From assembly GCA_013265495.1 (NCBI GenBank), contig MU058000.1:1736001-1800000 (forward strand): a stretch of DNA of 64,000 bases. Direction: 5' to 3'. A program made the translations under genes and the position numbers. A model generated the notes under the pieces. That model worked only from the letters and a program-made list of their open reading frames with translations. It was not told the origin of the DNA and did no database searches. Below are positions 13,774-26,374 of the stretch, one piece after another. Source of the DNA: Vicugna vicugna (taxonomy: Eukaryota). Each line of letters opens with the position of its first letter. The first letter of the stretch is position 1.

Positions 13774-14293
13774 TATATATAAAANNNNNNNNNNNNNNNN
13801 NNNNNNNNNNNNNNNNNNNNNNNNNNNNNNNNNATATATATATATACACATATATATATGAATACTACTCAGCTAGAAAAAAAGAATGAAATGTTGCCAT
13901 TTGCAGCAACATGGATGGACTTGGAGGATATTATGCTAAGTGAAATCAGTCAGAGAAAGACAACACTGTATGATATCACTTCTATGTGGAATCTGAAAAA
14001 AAAACACAACAAACTAGTGAATATTACAAAAAAGAAACAGACTCACAGATATAAAGAACAAATGTGTGGTTACCAGTGGGAAGAGAGAAGAGGGTGGATA
14101 TAGGGGTAGGCGATTAGAAGGCACAAACTGTTAGGTATAAAATAAGCTAAAAGGATATACTGTACAACGTGGAGAATATAGCCAATATTTTATAGTAACT
14201 ATAAATGGAGTATAACCTTTAAAAATTATTAATCACTGTATCATATCCCTATAATGTATATAATATTGTACATCAACTATACTTCAATAAAAA
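13605..14293 (+). mobile_element. L1 3' end (ORF2 C-terminus and 3'UTR), containing a (TA)n tract and an assembly gap
   Basis: ORF 13858-14103 KKNEMLPFAATWMDLEDIMLSEISQ is the L1 ORF2 C-terminus. The copy ends caactatacttcaataaaa. Confidence 0.9.
13785..13833. other. Assembly gap of 49 N inside a (TA)n microsatellite
   Basis: Run of N flanked by TA repeats. Confidence 0.99.
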
Positions 14294-14521
14294 GATTCTG
14301 ATAGTCTTACTGAAAAAGAGAAGAGTTAAGAAGATTGAGTGGTGGACATTTATAGTTTTTAAAATAAGTGAGGTTCTACATTCCACCAAGATTTCTACAG
14401 TGGTTGATTCACCAGAGGCAGAAGGACATCATATCCCAGGCAGCCAAAAAAAAAGGGGCAGATGTCAATTATTGGAAATATTCTATAACATGAGCTCATT
14501 ATTCATAGGCCATTTAAACAA

Positions 14522-14735
14522 TTACACAAATATTGACTACTACATATAAAACAGATAAACAACAAAGTTTCTTCTTTAGAGCACAGGGAACTATATTCAA
14601 TATCTTGTAGTAACCTATAATGAAAAAGAATATGAAAGTGAATATATATATGTATATGTATGACTGAAACATTATGGCGTACACCAGAAATTGACACAAC
14701 ATTGTAAACTGACTACACTTCAATTAAAAAAAAAA
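14522..14735 (+). mobile_element. Younger L1 3' terminus with polyA tail
   Basis: Closely similar to the reverse complement of 47230-47420 (ORFs MSISGVRHNVSVIH vs MSISGVQHNVSVIH). Ends cttcaattaaaaaaaaaa. Confidence 0.9.
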
Positions 14736-15224
14736 GGTTTAAAGTTTTTAATAAAAAACAGACTCTTACAGAAACAAATGTCAACATGATGTTCTTGTGT
14801 ATATCACAAGACATTTCACATCTTGCTTTGGGATCACAGAGGTAGGAGGGGAGGATCCTGCATATAGGAACGTGGGAACTTTATAGAGATGTTATTTCTT
14901 TGAAGAACAATACGGGTGTCCCCTTAATAATGGCTATCATTATTAAGTTACTAACATATGTATATTCCTCACGTATAGTGGGGGTTTCAAACCTCCTATT
15001 GCCAATCAGAGACAGGTGTTACTGTGGCCATTCTGCAGACGATGATCAAAGAAACTTCTGCAATAGTAAACGGCCAAATCAGAATGTAAATTCAGGCTTT
15101 CATAGATATTCTTTGTCTTCTGACCACCTCAGAGAACAAGAGAATGAAGAGAAGGCCAAGCCAACTGACTGGATAAAAGCAAGTGCTGTCAAATGGCCTG
15201 GAAATTTTGGAGAACTCTGAAAAG

Positions 15225-15945
15225 CCAGTAAAGTTATAATAACAAATATTTTATTGAGGATTATTATATGCGAGATGTGGATCCATGTCTTGCTCATTTA
15301 ATACTCACACCAACCCAATGAACTAAATGTTATTATTAGAATTCAAATTTTAAAATGAGGTCAAGTGACTCCCAAGCTTTCACAGTTACTGTGTGTTTCC
15401 ATTGCTATCAAACCAACCAGACTGAGACTCAGTGGCTTAAAAAAAATTTGTTTGGATGTTTCTGTAGCATGACTGGGCTCAGCTGGAGTATTCTTTTGGC
15501 TCGAGTGGGCTGGAATGTTCAGAGAACTCTGGCAGATTATCCGGCACCTTTGTAGTGATGGCCAGAACGTTGGACCTCCCCCTCCACAGAGTCTAAGGGC
15601 TGCTTCACCACCCAGTGGTTGATGTCTCTACCTGGTCTCTTAAACAGGGAGACCAAATCTTTTACGAGGCATGTCAGGGCTCCCAAAAGCACAAACAGAG
15701 GCACTTAGTCAGGCTTTCTCAAGGCTTAGATCTAGCACTGAAATAGCTTCATTTCTATTCCATTCTCCTGGGCAAAGTGAGTGACAGGCCCAGTCTGGAT
15801 TCAGTGTGCAAGGGGCCTACACAAGAGTATGAATTTGGGGAAGAAAAGTGCACAGAGGCCGCCTTTGGAGAACTAGTTACCATGGTATGTCGTGTAGTGA
15901 GGGTTGACAACTGGGTGCCTGACCTGGAGCTTACACATTTTAACA
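15225..15945 (-). mobile_element. MIR SINE split by an MLT1 LTR
   Basis: ctcatttaatactcacaccaacccaatgaa...tcaagtgactcccaagctttcacag lies before the LTR and cctgacctggagcttacacattttaac lies after it. Confidence 0.55.
15390..15884 (-). mobile_element. MaLR LTR (MLT1G/H-like)
   Basis: tccattgctatcaaac...ctcagtggcttaaaa...ctgggctcagctgg...aggcccagtctggattca...gcctttggagaactagttacca. Confidence 0.7.
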
Positions 15946-18900
15946 CGAAGTCTGTGGAGGTCAGGAGTAGGGGAGGGTGGGAGGGTGGAGGGGAGGGACG
16001 GGGGACTGGCAGTACAGTCATATTCTGAGGACAGAAGGCTGCTGCCAAGCTAAGGGACATTTTCCCTTTCTGTTCACTCGCCCGCCAGCAATTCATGCTT
16101 AAACTCGTTCTTCGTAACTGCATTATAGATTGGAAAAGAGGGGAAGATTCTTCAGCTTCTTGAAAATGGCCATCTGTCTCTCTTTAATGAGGAGTTCGCT
16201 TCTTTCTGTAGTTCACATTAATGGAGAAATGTGCTGGGTTAGAGGCAGGAAAGGTAAATCCTTCATTGACCGATTTATTAGGAAGCAGCTCCTAAATGAA
16301 CGTACCCCTCAGCTTTCTGTCCCATCTTTCATTTTCTTCCCTTCATAATCTTTCATTCGAAAAGTGGCAAAAATGTAACCATCATGCGTTTTCACAATAT
16401 AAGTACATTCCTCTGCTGTTTATTGAAATGTCTATAGATGCCACATTGAGGAACACACAACTGACCGATCTCACTGGGAATGAAGAGAGAGTGTGACCCA
16501 TGACGTAAGCAGGGGCAGGAGCAGTGGCGGTGGAGGGGTCTTGAGGGAATCAATGATTGGTGTGACCTCCATTAGAAGGAGCAACAATACAGAGAAGGAA
16601 CAGGTACACAATTAAGTTCAGCTGCTGTAAAGTTGAGAAAAGAATATGATGGCAATCAAGTTGGTGCCAAGGCTCTGCTAGGAATTTTCAGGTGTCTAAA
16701 AATTTTCCATCTGAAACTGCATTATTTTCAATTAGTGTCACCTGCTGATTCAATGATAAGACTTGCGATTCTTCAAGATCAAATTTTAAATTCAAATGAT
16801 AAAGGTATAATTTCTCCATTAACCAGCAACACTAATCCAAAATATTTTTCATGAATTTAATATCATTATCTTAGTTCATATAAAAATTGCAAAATTTTTA
16901 ATTTCTTCATGGGATGTATGTTTATTTTCCAATTTCTCCTTCCTAGAGAAAAATAGTTCAAAAGTTCTTTTAAACATTATATTTGAAAGGGAGCAGACCA
17001 GTTATGTTCAGGAAAAAGAGAAAGTTCCAGAATTGAGGTCAAATCAAAAAATCTATATAGGAAATAAATGCAGTTACTTTGAAAGAAAAGGCCAACATAA
17101 CATCTTTGTGAGTTTTCTGCTAATGAACAAAACATTTGGAAAAGTTATAGCATTTCCATCTATAAAGTCACTCTATACTTGCTAATTCTGTCAGTCTTTA
17201 ACAATCAAGTCTATATTAATTCCTCTTATACCTTCAACTAAAAGAGTTATGTCCATCAGAGGGACATTTCTAAATGGTCCTTTTTTTTTTCACTAGAAAT
17301 GGTACACAAATTGCAATGGACTAAATATTTATAACCCCCAAAATACATATGTTGAAATTTTTCACTGAAAAAATGTTCCTGGTTTCACAAAACCTAGAAC
17401 TACACATGAGTATTAGGTATCTGTGGTCTTCATATTATTTGAAAAGTTCCCGGTAGGTCATTTTAAGCCTCCAAAAGAATTCACAGTATATTCCAAAGTG
17501 CCAAAGTGAGGATTTGTGAGGATTTACTTGTTTGAGCTAAATCACAGTCAATTTAAAACTTAGACTTAAGTAAGTTTTGTTTTAACATCTTGATTAGCAA
17601 AAATAGTATGGGCGAATACTATAATTTGGGGGAATATACATTTTATATATTTAAGAATTCACTAAAAATTGTAGGAATGAGCCCTTGAACTCCCCATTTC
17701 TAAATTTTCTTTTTGTAACTTTAAAACTTATACACTGAACTTATTTAATGCAGCTGTACACCAAAGCCTTCCCATCCAAGTTTTCTTCCAAAGACAATTT
17801 TTGTCTTTTTTCAAAAATTATTCTTCTAAAGCTGTTGTGGAAATATTTTATCTTCTATAGTTTTCTATGCATATTTGTTCCTTTTAGCTTATGTAATTTT
17901 TATGCACGTTCATTCCCTTTTATTCTCATTCTTTAAAAAATTATACCATGCCACAAAGAAGAAAAAAAAACTAAATTAAGCATGTCCATCTAAAATAAAG
18001 ATCTGACTGCCTAAATAGGAAGAACTTTGAAACACTGCTCAGGAAGGCATTCTTGAGGAAATTCTCAGGTACTTCTGTCACACCAGCTGTAGGCAATTGT
18101 GCTCAAGGAGAAAGTGAGGAAGTCTGGACTCTCACTAAGCAGTAACAAGGTGTCATTTAAAAACATCAAATTCTCAACCACACAAAGACCTTTCTGAAAG
18201 CGAAGGTCATCATTTGTCTAGAGATGTGACTTGACTTTGATTTTCAGGCTTTTTTTTTTTCCACTCGAAAAGGAGTACTTCACTTGTTAAGCATGACACT
18301 GCGGGACCGAATTTGATTTCCCAAGATCAGAAAATATTTATTGTCTCCTTGTCCACAGTGTCTCATTCTTTGTCTTAGTTTGGAGAGAAAGAAAGAAACA
18401 AGAATCATGTGATGATAACTAAAGGTGTGATATTTTTCTCTTTTCTATCATCAGCCTCACTGTAACAGTCCACGATAATGCTCCCTCCCATGTTTAATCT
18501 CCATCACTGTAACTCTGGCATCATGCTGTCTGGCGTCTCCATCCCATAACATAAAGCAGTTCCCAAATGAAGGATAATAACGGTAAATGTGGAAAAGTGT
18601 TCAAGGCAGATTTGACATACTGCTCCTTATATGTGTTGTTTAAGTGCACACACACACACACAAACACTCCATACAAAATTTCACTTGAAATCACTCCCAG
18701 AGCACACTGGAATTATCATCCAGAATCCTAGTAAGAGCTGGGAGAATAGTGTTGGGTCTCACTTCCTGAAGGAGACCTGAGCATTGATATTGGTACTGAG
18801 AAATAAGCTTTATTTCTTTAAAATCTGGTTCAATGACATACTCCTTCACTGGCATCCTTTTCATCTTCATGGCAGATTGGTGAAACTGTGTGTGGCTAAA

Positions 18901-19689
18901 ATTCATTCTAACAAAGAGAGGAAAGAAGATCAGTGACATTTAACCTGGAAAAAATTCAAAGACGGAAGACCTTTTGTTTTCCAAAATTTAAGACTAGTTT
19001 ACATCCAAGTATTACGTTCAACTTTACTTCCTAGTAAAATGAGTCCATTGCCCTGACCCCGTGGATGCACTGATCCACCTCTTACTCCCTGTGGAAACTG
19101 ACTATATTTTGTGACCTTAAAGGCCAGAGATCATCTAAAATCCACTGTCCTTTCTGACCCAAACAAAATTTTCCTATGACTTATGTAAATACAATAAATA
19201 TTTATTGGGGAAAGTTTCACCCTGGAGTTTTACAGTTTCTCATGTAAGATTTTATTAGCCTCATCATTTACATATTGCAGTGAAGCAAGATGATTTCTCT
19301 AGGAAATTTGTTCCCAGTGAGAACCCAATTATTAAATACCATCATCACTGCTAATAATTAAATTTCATTACCGCGGTTTCAACCCTGTCACTTCAGGGTC
19401 CCCAGACGGGTGACTATGTGAGACGCTTTAGAAAAGAGCTTAGGAACAAGTACAGTGTTAAAACAAATGGAACACCTGACCAGGACAGTGCCTGGGAGCC
19501 CGAAGACTGTGCTAAAGACCTCTTTGGACAGGTTTGCTGCATGACTTTGGTCTGCTCTTGCTGCTTTTAACCAACGTTTGAGAAAGAAAACCCCTCCCCA
19601 ATGAGGAATGAGGCTGCTAGGAATCAAAGCAGATGGGAAGAAAGGGGACAAAGAAGAGGTCATTTGCAAAGAATGCGCGATAGTCACTA

Positions 19690-19885
19690 TTTTTAAACCA
19701 ACTCAGTACTGGGCACTTTTTCTCGTATCTTTGAGACACTTACTAGGAGCTAAGTGCAGGTTTATAGCTAACAGATGATTTACCAGAAATCCCATTTAGT
19801 TAATAACTGTTGAAAATGTATTCAAAACCAGGCCACCCTGCTTCAAGATGCATGCAACTTTTTTTCAAACTGCACTGTGCTGTCC
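19690..19885 (-). mobile_element. MIR fragment
   Basis: gtactgggcacttt...gtattcaaaaccaggccaccctgcttcaag...actgcactgtgctg. Confidence 0.45.
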
Positions 19886-21984
19886 TTTACTGGTGAGAGA
19901 AAAAAAAATATATATATATATACACATACATGAAGGAGATAAATGAGCAAGAATCTGTTTACTCAATGTTGGTAAATATTTGGCTGCAGTTAATTTTAAC
20001 TCAGCTGCTTAAAGTGCACAGTAATTAGGCTGGTTGCCTTGAGAATCATCTTAAATGAGGATGCCTGGTCCAAGATTGCTATGATGCACAGAGGTAGTAG
20101 TCAAACTTGTGTAGTTGGCAAGGATGACACTAGGTGAACAGGGAAAAGCAAAGTACAATTTTGCACGTTGAAGTCTTAGAAACAAAACTTGCCAGCCTCA
20201 TGGTCAATGGAAATTTAATCCAGCCCAGGAGAGCCTTGGGTGCAAGCTCTGTTTTTGGATGCGTAAGACCTCACATGATCTCACTAAGCTAGAAGTGTAG
20301 CAAGAATTTACAATTCTTGTGGATGCAGAATTTCAAAGGCCTCATTTCCTTTTGGATATTGTGCTTAGTCCTCACTGTTTTGCTTATCTGATTTGAAATT
20401 TCTAGATTCTGGTTTTCTTAATTTTTACAAAATTTGAGAAATTTTTGGCTCAGATTTTGGTACCAATTCTGGAAAATAAACCAGCGACAAGCCAAGAATG
20501 AGAAGGCTTTGGCAAATGGAAACGTTTTTCATGACCATGAACTTCAACTTCTCTACTCTTAGTCTAATTGGCTAAAATGGAAATAAAGATAGGGAGATGC
20601 AAATAGCTTCTTGGAAGGAAAGTCCAAAATAATAGTAGTGGAAGGAAGAAGCAGGCCAAAGAGCGAAGAGTGGAAAAGTAAAAAAAAAAAAAAAATTGAG
20701 ATTTATGATTCACGATATGATGATCTAAGCATCTTGAAAAACTGAAGTAGGGTTGGCATCTAAACCACAACTCCTTTTTTGTTTTCATTAACCAATCTGA
20801 TGGTCCATACAAAAATAAAGCATTTTAACTGCTGATTTGTGTTTTTAATGCTAAGACCTCAGGTCATCTTCTCAAAGTTAATTTTAAAAAGAAGAATGAG
20901 GAGGAGAAAAAGATGGAGAAAGAAGAGGAAGAGTGCTTCAGACGAAAATACAGATTTTTACTCTAGAACCTGTACTCCAAATTTCAAATGATTAGTCACT
21001 TAACAGGGAGCTCCAAATAGGGACTGATATGAATGGCTTCACACCTAAGGTGAGGACACACTTGTCTCTGTCCTTCCTTTCTTTTGATCTCAAATAGTCT
21101 CCAGATTTGAAGCCATTCCTAAACACACACACTAATGCAAATGCTCATGAGTAATCGTCCATTTTTCTTCAGGTTGAATGATTCACACTGATGTTAGACA
21201 TTATGTAGCATATAGGTTACCAGGCAAGTCTCTCAGCCGTGAACTGCGTGGTAGCCAGGGAAGGAGGATTCAACTCTAGAGAGAAAGTTGTCCAAAGAGG
21301 AGGGCTTTATGCCAAGAGGAGGAGGAGAACCCCCACCACTGGATATGGCAGGTTCTTTAGACACTGAGCCAGGGAGGCACCCTCTTTATCCTCCAGGGTT
21401 TCCCTCCCTCTTAGTCTGTTTCTGAGTTTACTTCCCAACCTCTGCTGCCATTACCTCCCTCAGATGGCTGTGTGGACTGCTGTCTGTTTCTAGGAAGGCT
21501 GAGGTTTCACCTTGGACAGTGATCCTTTCGCAAAGTTGGTATGCGCTTGTGTATCTCTTTACATAGAACATTTCTTCTGAAATCCCATAGGACAAACTTT
21601 TTGTTGATGGTTCTCAGAATTGGAAAACATGTTATGTACCAATGAGATCATAATTCGGCTCTGTTCTCTAGGCAGCATCTATTTTATAAGAGACTAATTG
21701 ACCTTTTAAAGAGGTTTATCCTCCTGATGGTACGGCACATAGTTTCCATTAATGTACCGGGGTTAAGTGATCATCAGGAGATAACAGACCCACGGGGAGA
21801 GCAGCTGAACTTAATTTACACATGTCAAAACAAAAGCTCCTAAAGAGTAACTCTAAAATTGACATGCTGAGGCTCCTCAGAAAATTTTGTCAATGGCAGC
21901 AGGAAAGAGTGGTGAAGATGCTCTTATATGCACTCTACAAATTCCATTTGGAGTAGAGAAGGGCACATGTTTTCCTATAGAAAA

Positions 21985-22505
21985 ACAGATATTCCATACA
22001 GTTAATGAAGCTTAAGTTTTTGGGGTACTCATCTGCATGGATTCTTTCCTGGGCTATATAAAACATTTTTAATTTATGATTTTGCATTCTTTACACAGTG
22101 GATCTCTGCTATGGTATAAATGTCTGAGTCCTCCCCAAAATTCATATGATGAAATCCTAACCTGCAAAGATAAATGTATTAGGTTGTGGGATTTGGGGGA
22201 AGACCTTAAGTCATGAGGGTAGAACTCTCATAAATGGGACTAGTGCCCTTATAAAAGAGTCCCCAGAGAGCTCCCTAGCCCCTTCCACCACGTGAGAATG
22301 CAGAGAGAGTGTACAGGCTATGAACAAGAAAGTGGCCTTTCAGCGGAAGGCAACCATTCTGGCACCTTGATCTTAGACTTCCCAGCCTCCAGAACTGTGG
22401 AAAATAAGTATCTATTGTTTTTAAGCTACTCAGGCCGTGGTATTTTGTTATATGAACCCAAACAGACTAAGATGATCTCCAAAGCTGTATAAGTTTCAAG
22501 TACAG
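21985..22505 (+). mobile_element. hAT MITE (MER69/Arthur1A-like) split by MLT1A
   Basis: ttaatgaagcttaagtttttggggtactcatctgcatgg...ttttgcattcttt lies before the LTR and caaagctgtataagtttcaag continues it after the LTR. Confidence 0.55.
22107..22474 (+). mobile_element. MLT1A-type MaLR solo LTR with a perfect 5-bp TSD
   Basis: tgctatggtataaatgtc...ggcaccttgatcttagacttcccagcctccagaactgt...cagactaagatg, flanked by ATCTC at 22102-22106 and 22475-22479. Confidence 0.92.
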
Positions 22506-22544
22506 TTAACACATTTACCAAAACAAACAAAATCAAGCAAAGAA

Positions 22545-22693
22545 CAAAAATCCAGAGTTCTCAGTTAAATGTGAATTTCAGACAATGAATATTTTTTGTA
22601 CTACAAGTATATACCATTAAATGTTTAGGAAGCATTATTTAGGGATAGTCTTATACTAAAGCATTTTCTACTGTTTATCTGACAATATTCAAA
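22545..22693. mobile_element. Second, more degraded MER53 copy
   Basis: cagttaaatgtgaatttcagacaatgaata...cttatactaaag...tgtttatctgac...ttcaaa is similar to 6781-6965. Confidence 0.65.
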
Positions 22694-22694
22694 G

Positions 22695-22793
22695 CCCTGG
22701 GGAATCAGTAATGAATAAAACAAGCAAATTCTCTTTTCTGATGGGAACTTACAGACAGTAAGCCAATAAGTAAAATATATAGTGTGTCTGATG
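22695..22793 (-). mobile_element. L2 fragment
   Basis: ctggggaatcagtaatgaataaaacaag...ctgatgggaacttaca...aaatatatagtgtgtctgatg. Confidence 0.55.
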
Positions 22794-22920
22794 TTCATTT
22801 TATTTGTACTGATTGACGTAAGCCAATAAGTATGTCCCTCTCAGTATAAGATAGCAGAAGGAGAAGGGGGAGGGGAATAATTTGGGAAGAAATATGGTGG
22901 CAACAGAAAAAGCAGAATTT

Positions 22921-24185
22921 TTTTTAATTACACGTTTTATTTTTTAAAACAGTTTTAGATTTACAGAAAAACTGAGATGATATTACAGAGGATTTGCATA
23001 TACCCCACACCTGTTTTCCCCTATTTCATGTACGTAACCATAGATATTTCTATATGTAAATATATGCATCTACAATAAGCTAAATGATGTCTCCAACTCC
23101 AGTTTATTGTTGTATAGATTATGCTAGTCTCCTTCTTTGGCTTATCTGAAACCTGGCTCCCACCTAATTTATATATATATGTAGTTTTAGAATTGTTAAC
23201 CGGTGCCCTCAGGGGATATAACTTTATCAGCTAGAGTACAGTGCTGTGTGCAGTTCCTTTTGCCTTTAGTCTTACAGACGTCACCCATTTACAAAGTTAC
23301 TTAGGCCATCATGTCCCCTGATTCTGCCTCCAGGTAGACTGTTTCATACATTTGAAATATAATTAGAGTCTCTTATCCTATCTACATACCTTTCTGGATC
23401 CCCTGACCTAAATGATTATTGGGGTTTTTTTTTTTAATAAATTTGCATGCATTAACAGTTTATGATTTGTGCTGTAAAGTTCTGTGAATTTTGGCAAATT
23501 CATAATGTTATGTATCCACCATCCTGGTATCAAAGAGAGTAGTTTTGCTGCCCTAAAATATCCCCTGTGCTTCACCTATTCATGTCTATCCCTTCCCCTC
23601 AACCCTGGCAACCACAAATCATTTTACTGTCTCAATAGTTTTGTCTTTTCTGGAATGTAAAATAATTGGAATCATGTGGTTAGTAGCCCCTTTATTTACT
23701 TAGAAATATGCATGTAAATTTCCTCCATGCCTCATTGTAGCTTAATATAACTAATTCCTTTTCATCACTGAATACTATTCCATTGCATGGATGTATCACA
23801 ATTTATTTATTCATCGATTGAAGGATATCTTGGTTTCTTCCAGTTTTCTATGTTCGTAAATAAAGTTGCTGTAAACATCCACAAATGGGTTTTGTGTAAA
23901 CATAATTTTCAACTGAATTGAGTAAATACCCAATGACACAATTGCTGGACCTTATGGTAAGATTATATTTAGGTTTATCAGAATCTGGCAAACCGTTTTC
24001 CAAAGGGGCTGTATTATTTTGAATTCCTGCCAGCAATGTTTGAGAGTTCCTATTGCCCCACATCCTCTCCTGCATTTTTTTTTCTTTTTTTTAAACTATT
24101 CTAATAGGTTTATTGTGGTAACTCACTGTTGCTTTCATTTGTTATCCCCTGATGCCAAATGATATTGCACTTTTTAAATATGCTT
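22921..24185 (-). mobile_element. 5'-truncated L1 (L1MC-like) with TSD
   Basis: PolyT followed by ttttagatttacagaaaaactg. ORF 23848-24075 resembles the ORF2 C-terminus. TSD aaaagcagaattt (22908-22920) / aaaagcagagttt (24188-24200). Confidence 0.85.
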
Positions 24186-24539
24186 AGAAAAGCAGAGTTT
24201 CAGAAGATATTTTGCAGAGAAGATTTGTATAAATAGTGGGAAAGTAAAGCACAATAAACTCTAGCCTCTGGAATTTCCCTCTAATGCCTATGAAGGTAGA
24301 GAGGTAGGTGACAGATAAATCAATACAACAAAAAATTTTGCACATTTCAACCTATGCTGAAGCAACCCTCATGGATGGAAGAAAAGGGAGATTTAATTAT
24401 GTTAGTATCAGGATGGGTTAGCTAAAGCCATTAGGTAGTTTGGGAATGCTCACCAAAGTTTTATTTGAGAGCTTAGGAAAGACTTTCTCTTAAAAGAGGA
24501 CTCCACGTTATTAGTATTTCGCCTAGGGTTAAGGAACCT

Positions 24540-24800
24540 TAAAATAACATTAAGTACCTATGGAACATGTACTAGGTGCCAAGTGCTGTGATAAACCTTT
24601 TGCACGTATTGATACAATCAAAATGCTGAGATATGCTGGCAGGCACTCCCTATGATTATCCCCATTCCTTTTGACAAAAGCTAAGTCACAGAACAGCTAA
24701 GTATCTCATCTAAACTCCATAGCAATGGGTGGCAAAGCCTGGATATGAAATCTTGCACTTTGACTGCAGAACCTGGCTTCTTAATCACCTACCTCCCACA
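24540..24800 (-). mobile_element. MIR
   Basis: gtactaggtgccaagtgctgtgataa...attatccccatt...ggtggcaaagcctggatatgaa...tgactgcagaacctggcttcttaatcac. Confidence 0.7.
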
Positions 24801-25031
24801 GCTCATCCTATCACAAATCAAGAGGGAAAAATGAGAAAAATAATAAAAGATGAGACTTTCTTGAAAATGGAATTACATTCATCTCTTGAAAGAAGATGTT
24901 TTTTTCCACAGTAGGTTAACATTGTATAACAAGAACCCATTTTTTTGTGATTATAAAAATCGAGAACTTTAGATGTGGAAGAAAACTCAGAGACCCCCTT
25001 GAATTTTTTCACTTTATAAATTAGGACTTTT

Positions 25032-25151
25032 GAGGGGACGGGTATAGCTCAGTGGTAGAGCACATGCTTAGCATGCAAGAGGTCCTGGTTTCGATCCCCA
25101 GCACCTCCATTAAAAATAAAGAAACCTAAGTAGCCCCTACCGACACATAAC
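25032..25151 (+). mobile_element. tRNA(Ala)-derived camelid SINE (Vic-1-like), inserted in a MIR-like remnant
   Basis: A box tagctcagtgg and B-box-like ggtttcgatccc. 15-bp TSD taaattaggactttt (25017-25031) / taaatgaggactttt (25152-25166). Confidence 0.9.
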
Positions 25152-26374
25152 TAAATGAGGACTTTTAAGCCAGAAGTAGTCATTGTCTTACACTGGAATT
25201 GAGAGGGTCTTGGGTTGAGAGCTGTAATAGATCTTCCCAGCTAGTGTCACTTCCAGGACACCATTATTTTTCCATAGAAGCATTATAAAAAATTGTAGAT
25301 TAAAAATATTTTCCTTTTTTTCTTTTCTTTTTTTTTTTTCTGGTTGACCTATCATCTTGTGGCCAGGCCTCAGACTGGAGGGTAGAATCTCGGAGTCTGC
25401 TTGCATTTCTCATCTCTGTTACAGCAGGTAAATATAAACAAAGATGCCATCTGTGTGTCTGGCAGCTTAAGGGGTTACCTTTAGGCTATCGCTGACTTCA
25501 TTTAAAAAGAAATCATTCTCTCCCTTCTAAAGGAAGTCAAGTAAACTAACTAGCAGGGAGTATTTCTGTTTTCTTTCCCTAGTGACAGAAGCAGCAATGC
25601 CACAGTAATTTGGTCTTGATTACTACAATATCAAAAGAAAACTCTTGTGCACCGGGTTGCTCTTTCTCTAAGAGATCAGGGGAAGGTGATAGCTAGCTGC
25701 AAGCTTTTAATTCCTTGGTTTGCATACTGATTTCAATATGAGACCAGAAAATGAAAGAGAGGTAACTGGAAATAATGCATGCAATTATTTTGTTATTAAG
25801 ATTTTATTGGTGGAGTAAGGAGGGGGAAAGTAGCTAAGAAAACAAAGCTCAAGTGAATTCCAATGCAGAGCTTTCACAGCATTTGATAAATCTTTCTGGG
25901 AAATAAGTAGCAGCAAGAGATGGTGAGCTGGGGGATCCTTTCAGTTTGTTTTGTAACTGAAGAAAGTATATTGGAACCTAATTAAAAGCATTAATAATGT
26001 AATTAATGCAATTTAGAATGTGTCTATCTCTAGATATTAATTACCTTGTAGCCACTACAAGAGATAACCATGATATTCTTCATGATTAGTGCGGTGTACA
26101 TCCTCTGAATACGAATGCTGTTGAACCACAATAAATTGGTTACCAAACTAAATATTTTTCAAAAAAACCCAGACATCTTCATTAATGCTAACTAAAGGTA
26201 GTAGAACTAGGTGGAATCTGCCAATGAACATGTTTTCTTCCTGGTCAAAAATCAAATTCATGAGGAGTCTGAGGGAAGAACAACTAAATTCAATAGAAAA
26301 ATAATATGATGCAAATAAAATTAACACCACAGGAGACAAACAGGTCCTTTAAAGGTAAAGAAAAAGCATGCACT

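Larger units (their letters stand above)
13082..14472 (-). mobile_element. Old MaLR LTR (MLT1K/L-like) split by L1 3' insertions
   Basis: Starts tgtaccagtcagagtccttggctgcaaatagcaga and ends cccaggcagccaaaa...gcagatgtcaatta. L1 sequence occupies ~13490-14293. Confidence 0.55.

Noticed and set aside
13586..13849. ORFs with YIYIYI runs (also 56693-56994)
   Set aside because: These are translations of (TA)n microsatellites and N-gap within L1 3' regions.
17312..17358. MLT1A-like 5' fragment
   Set aside because: Only ~45 bp, too short to call with confidence.
18691..18939. 82-aa ORF as a possible coding exon
   Set aside because: No recognisable homology and no convincing flanking splice sites.
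25034..25108. tRNA-Ala-like gene
   Set aside because: It is flanked by a TSD, carries a SINE tail and has a diverged second copy at 59176-59321, so it is a SINE head rather than a tRNA gene.
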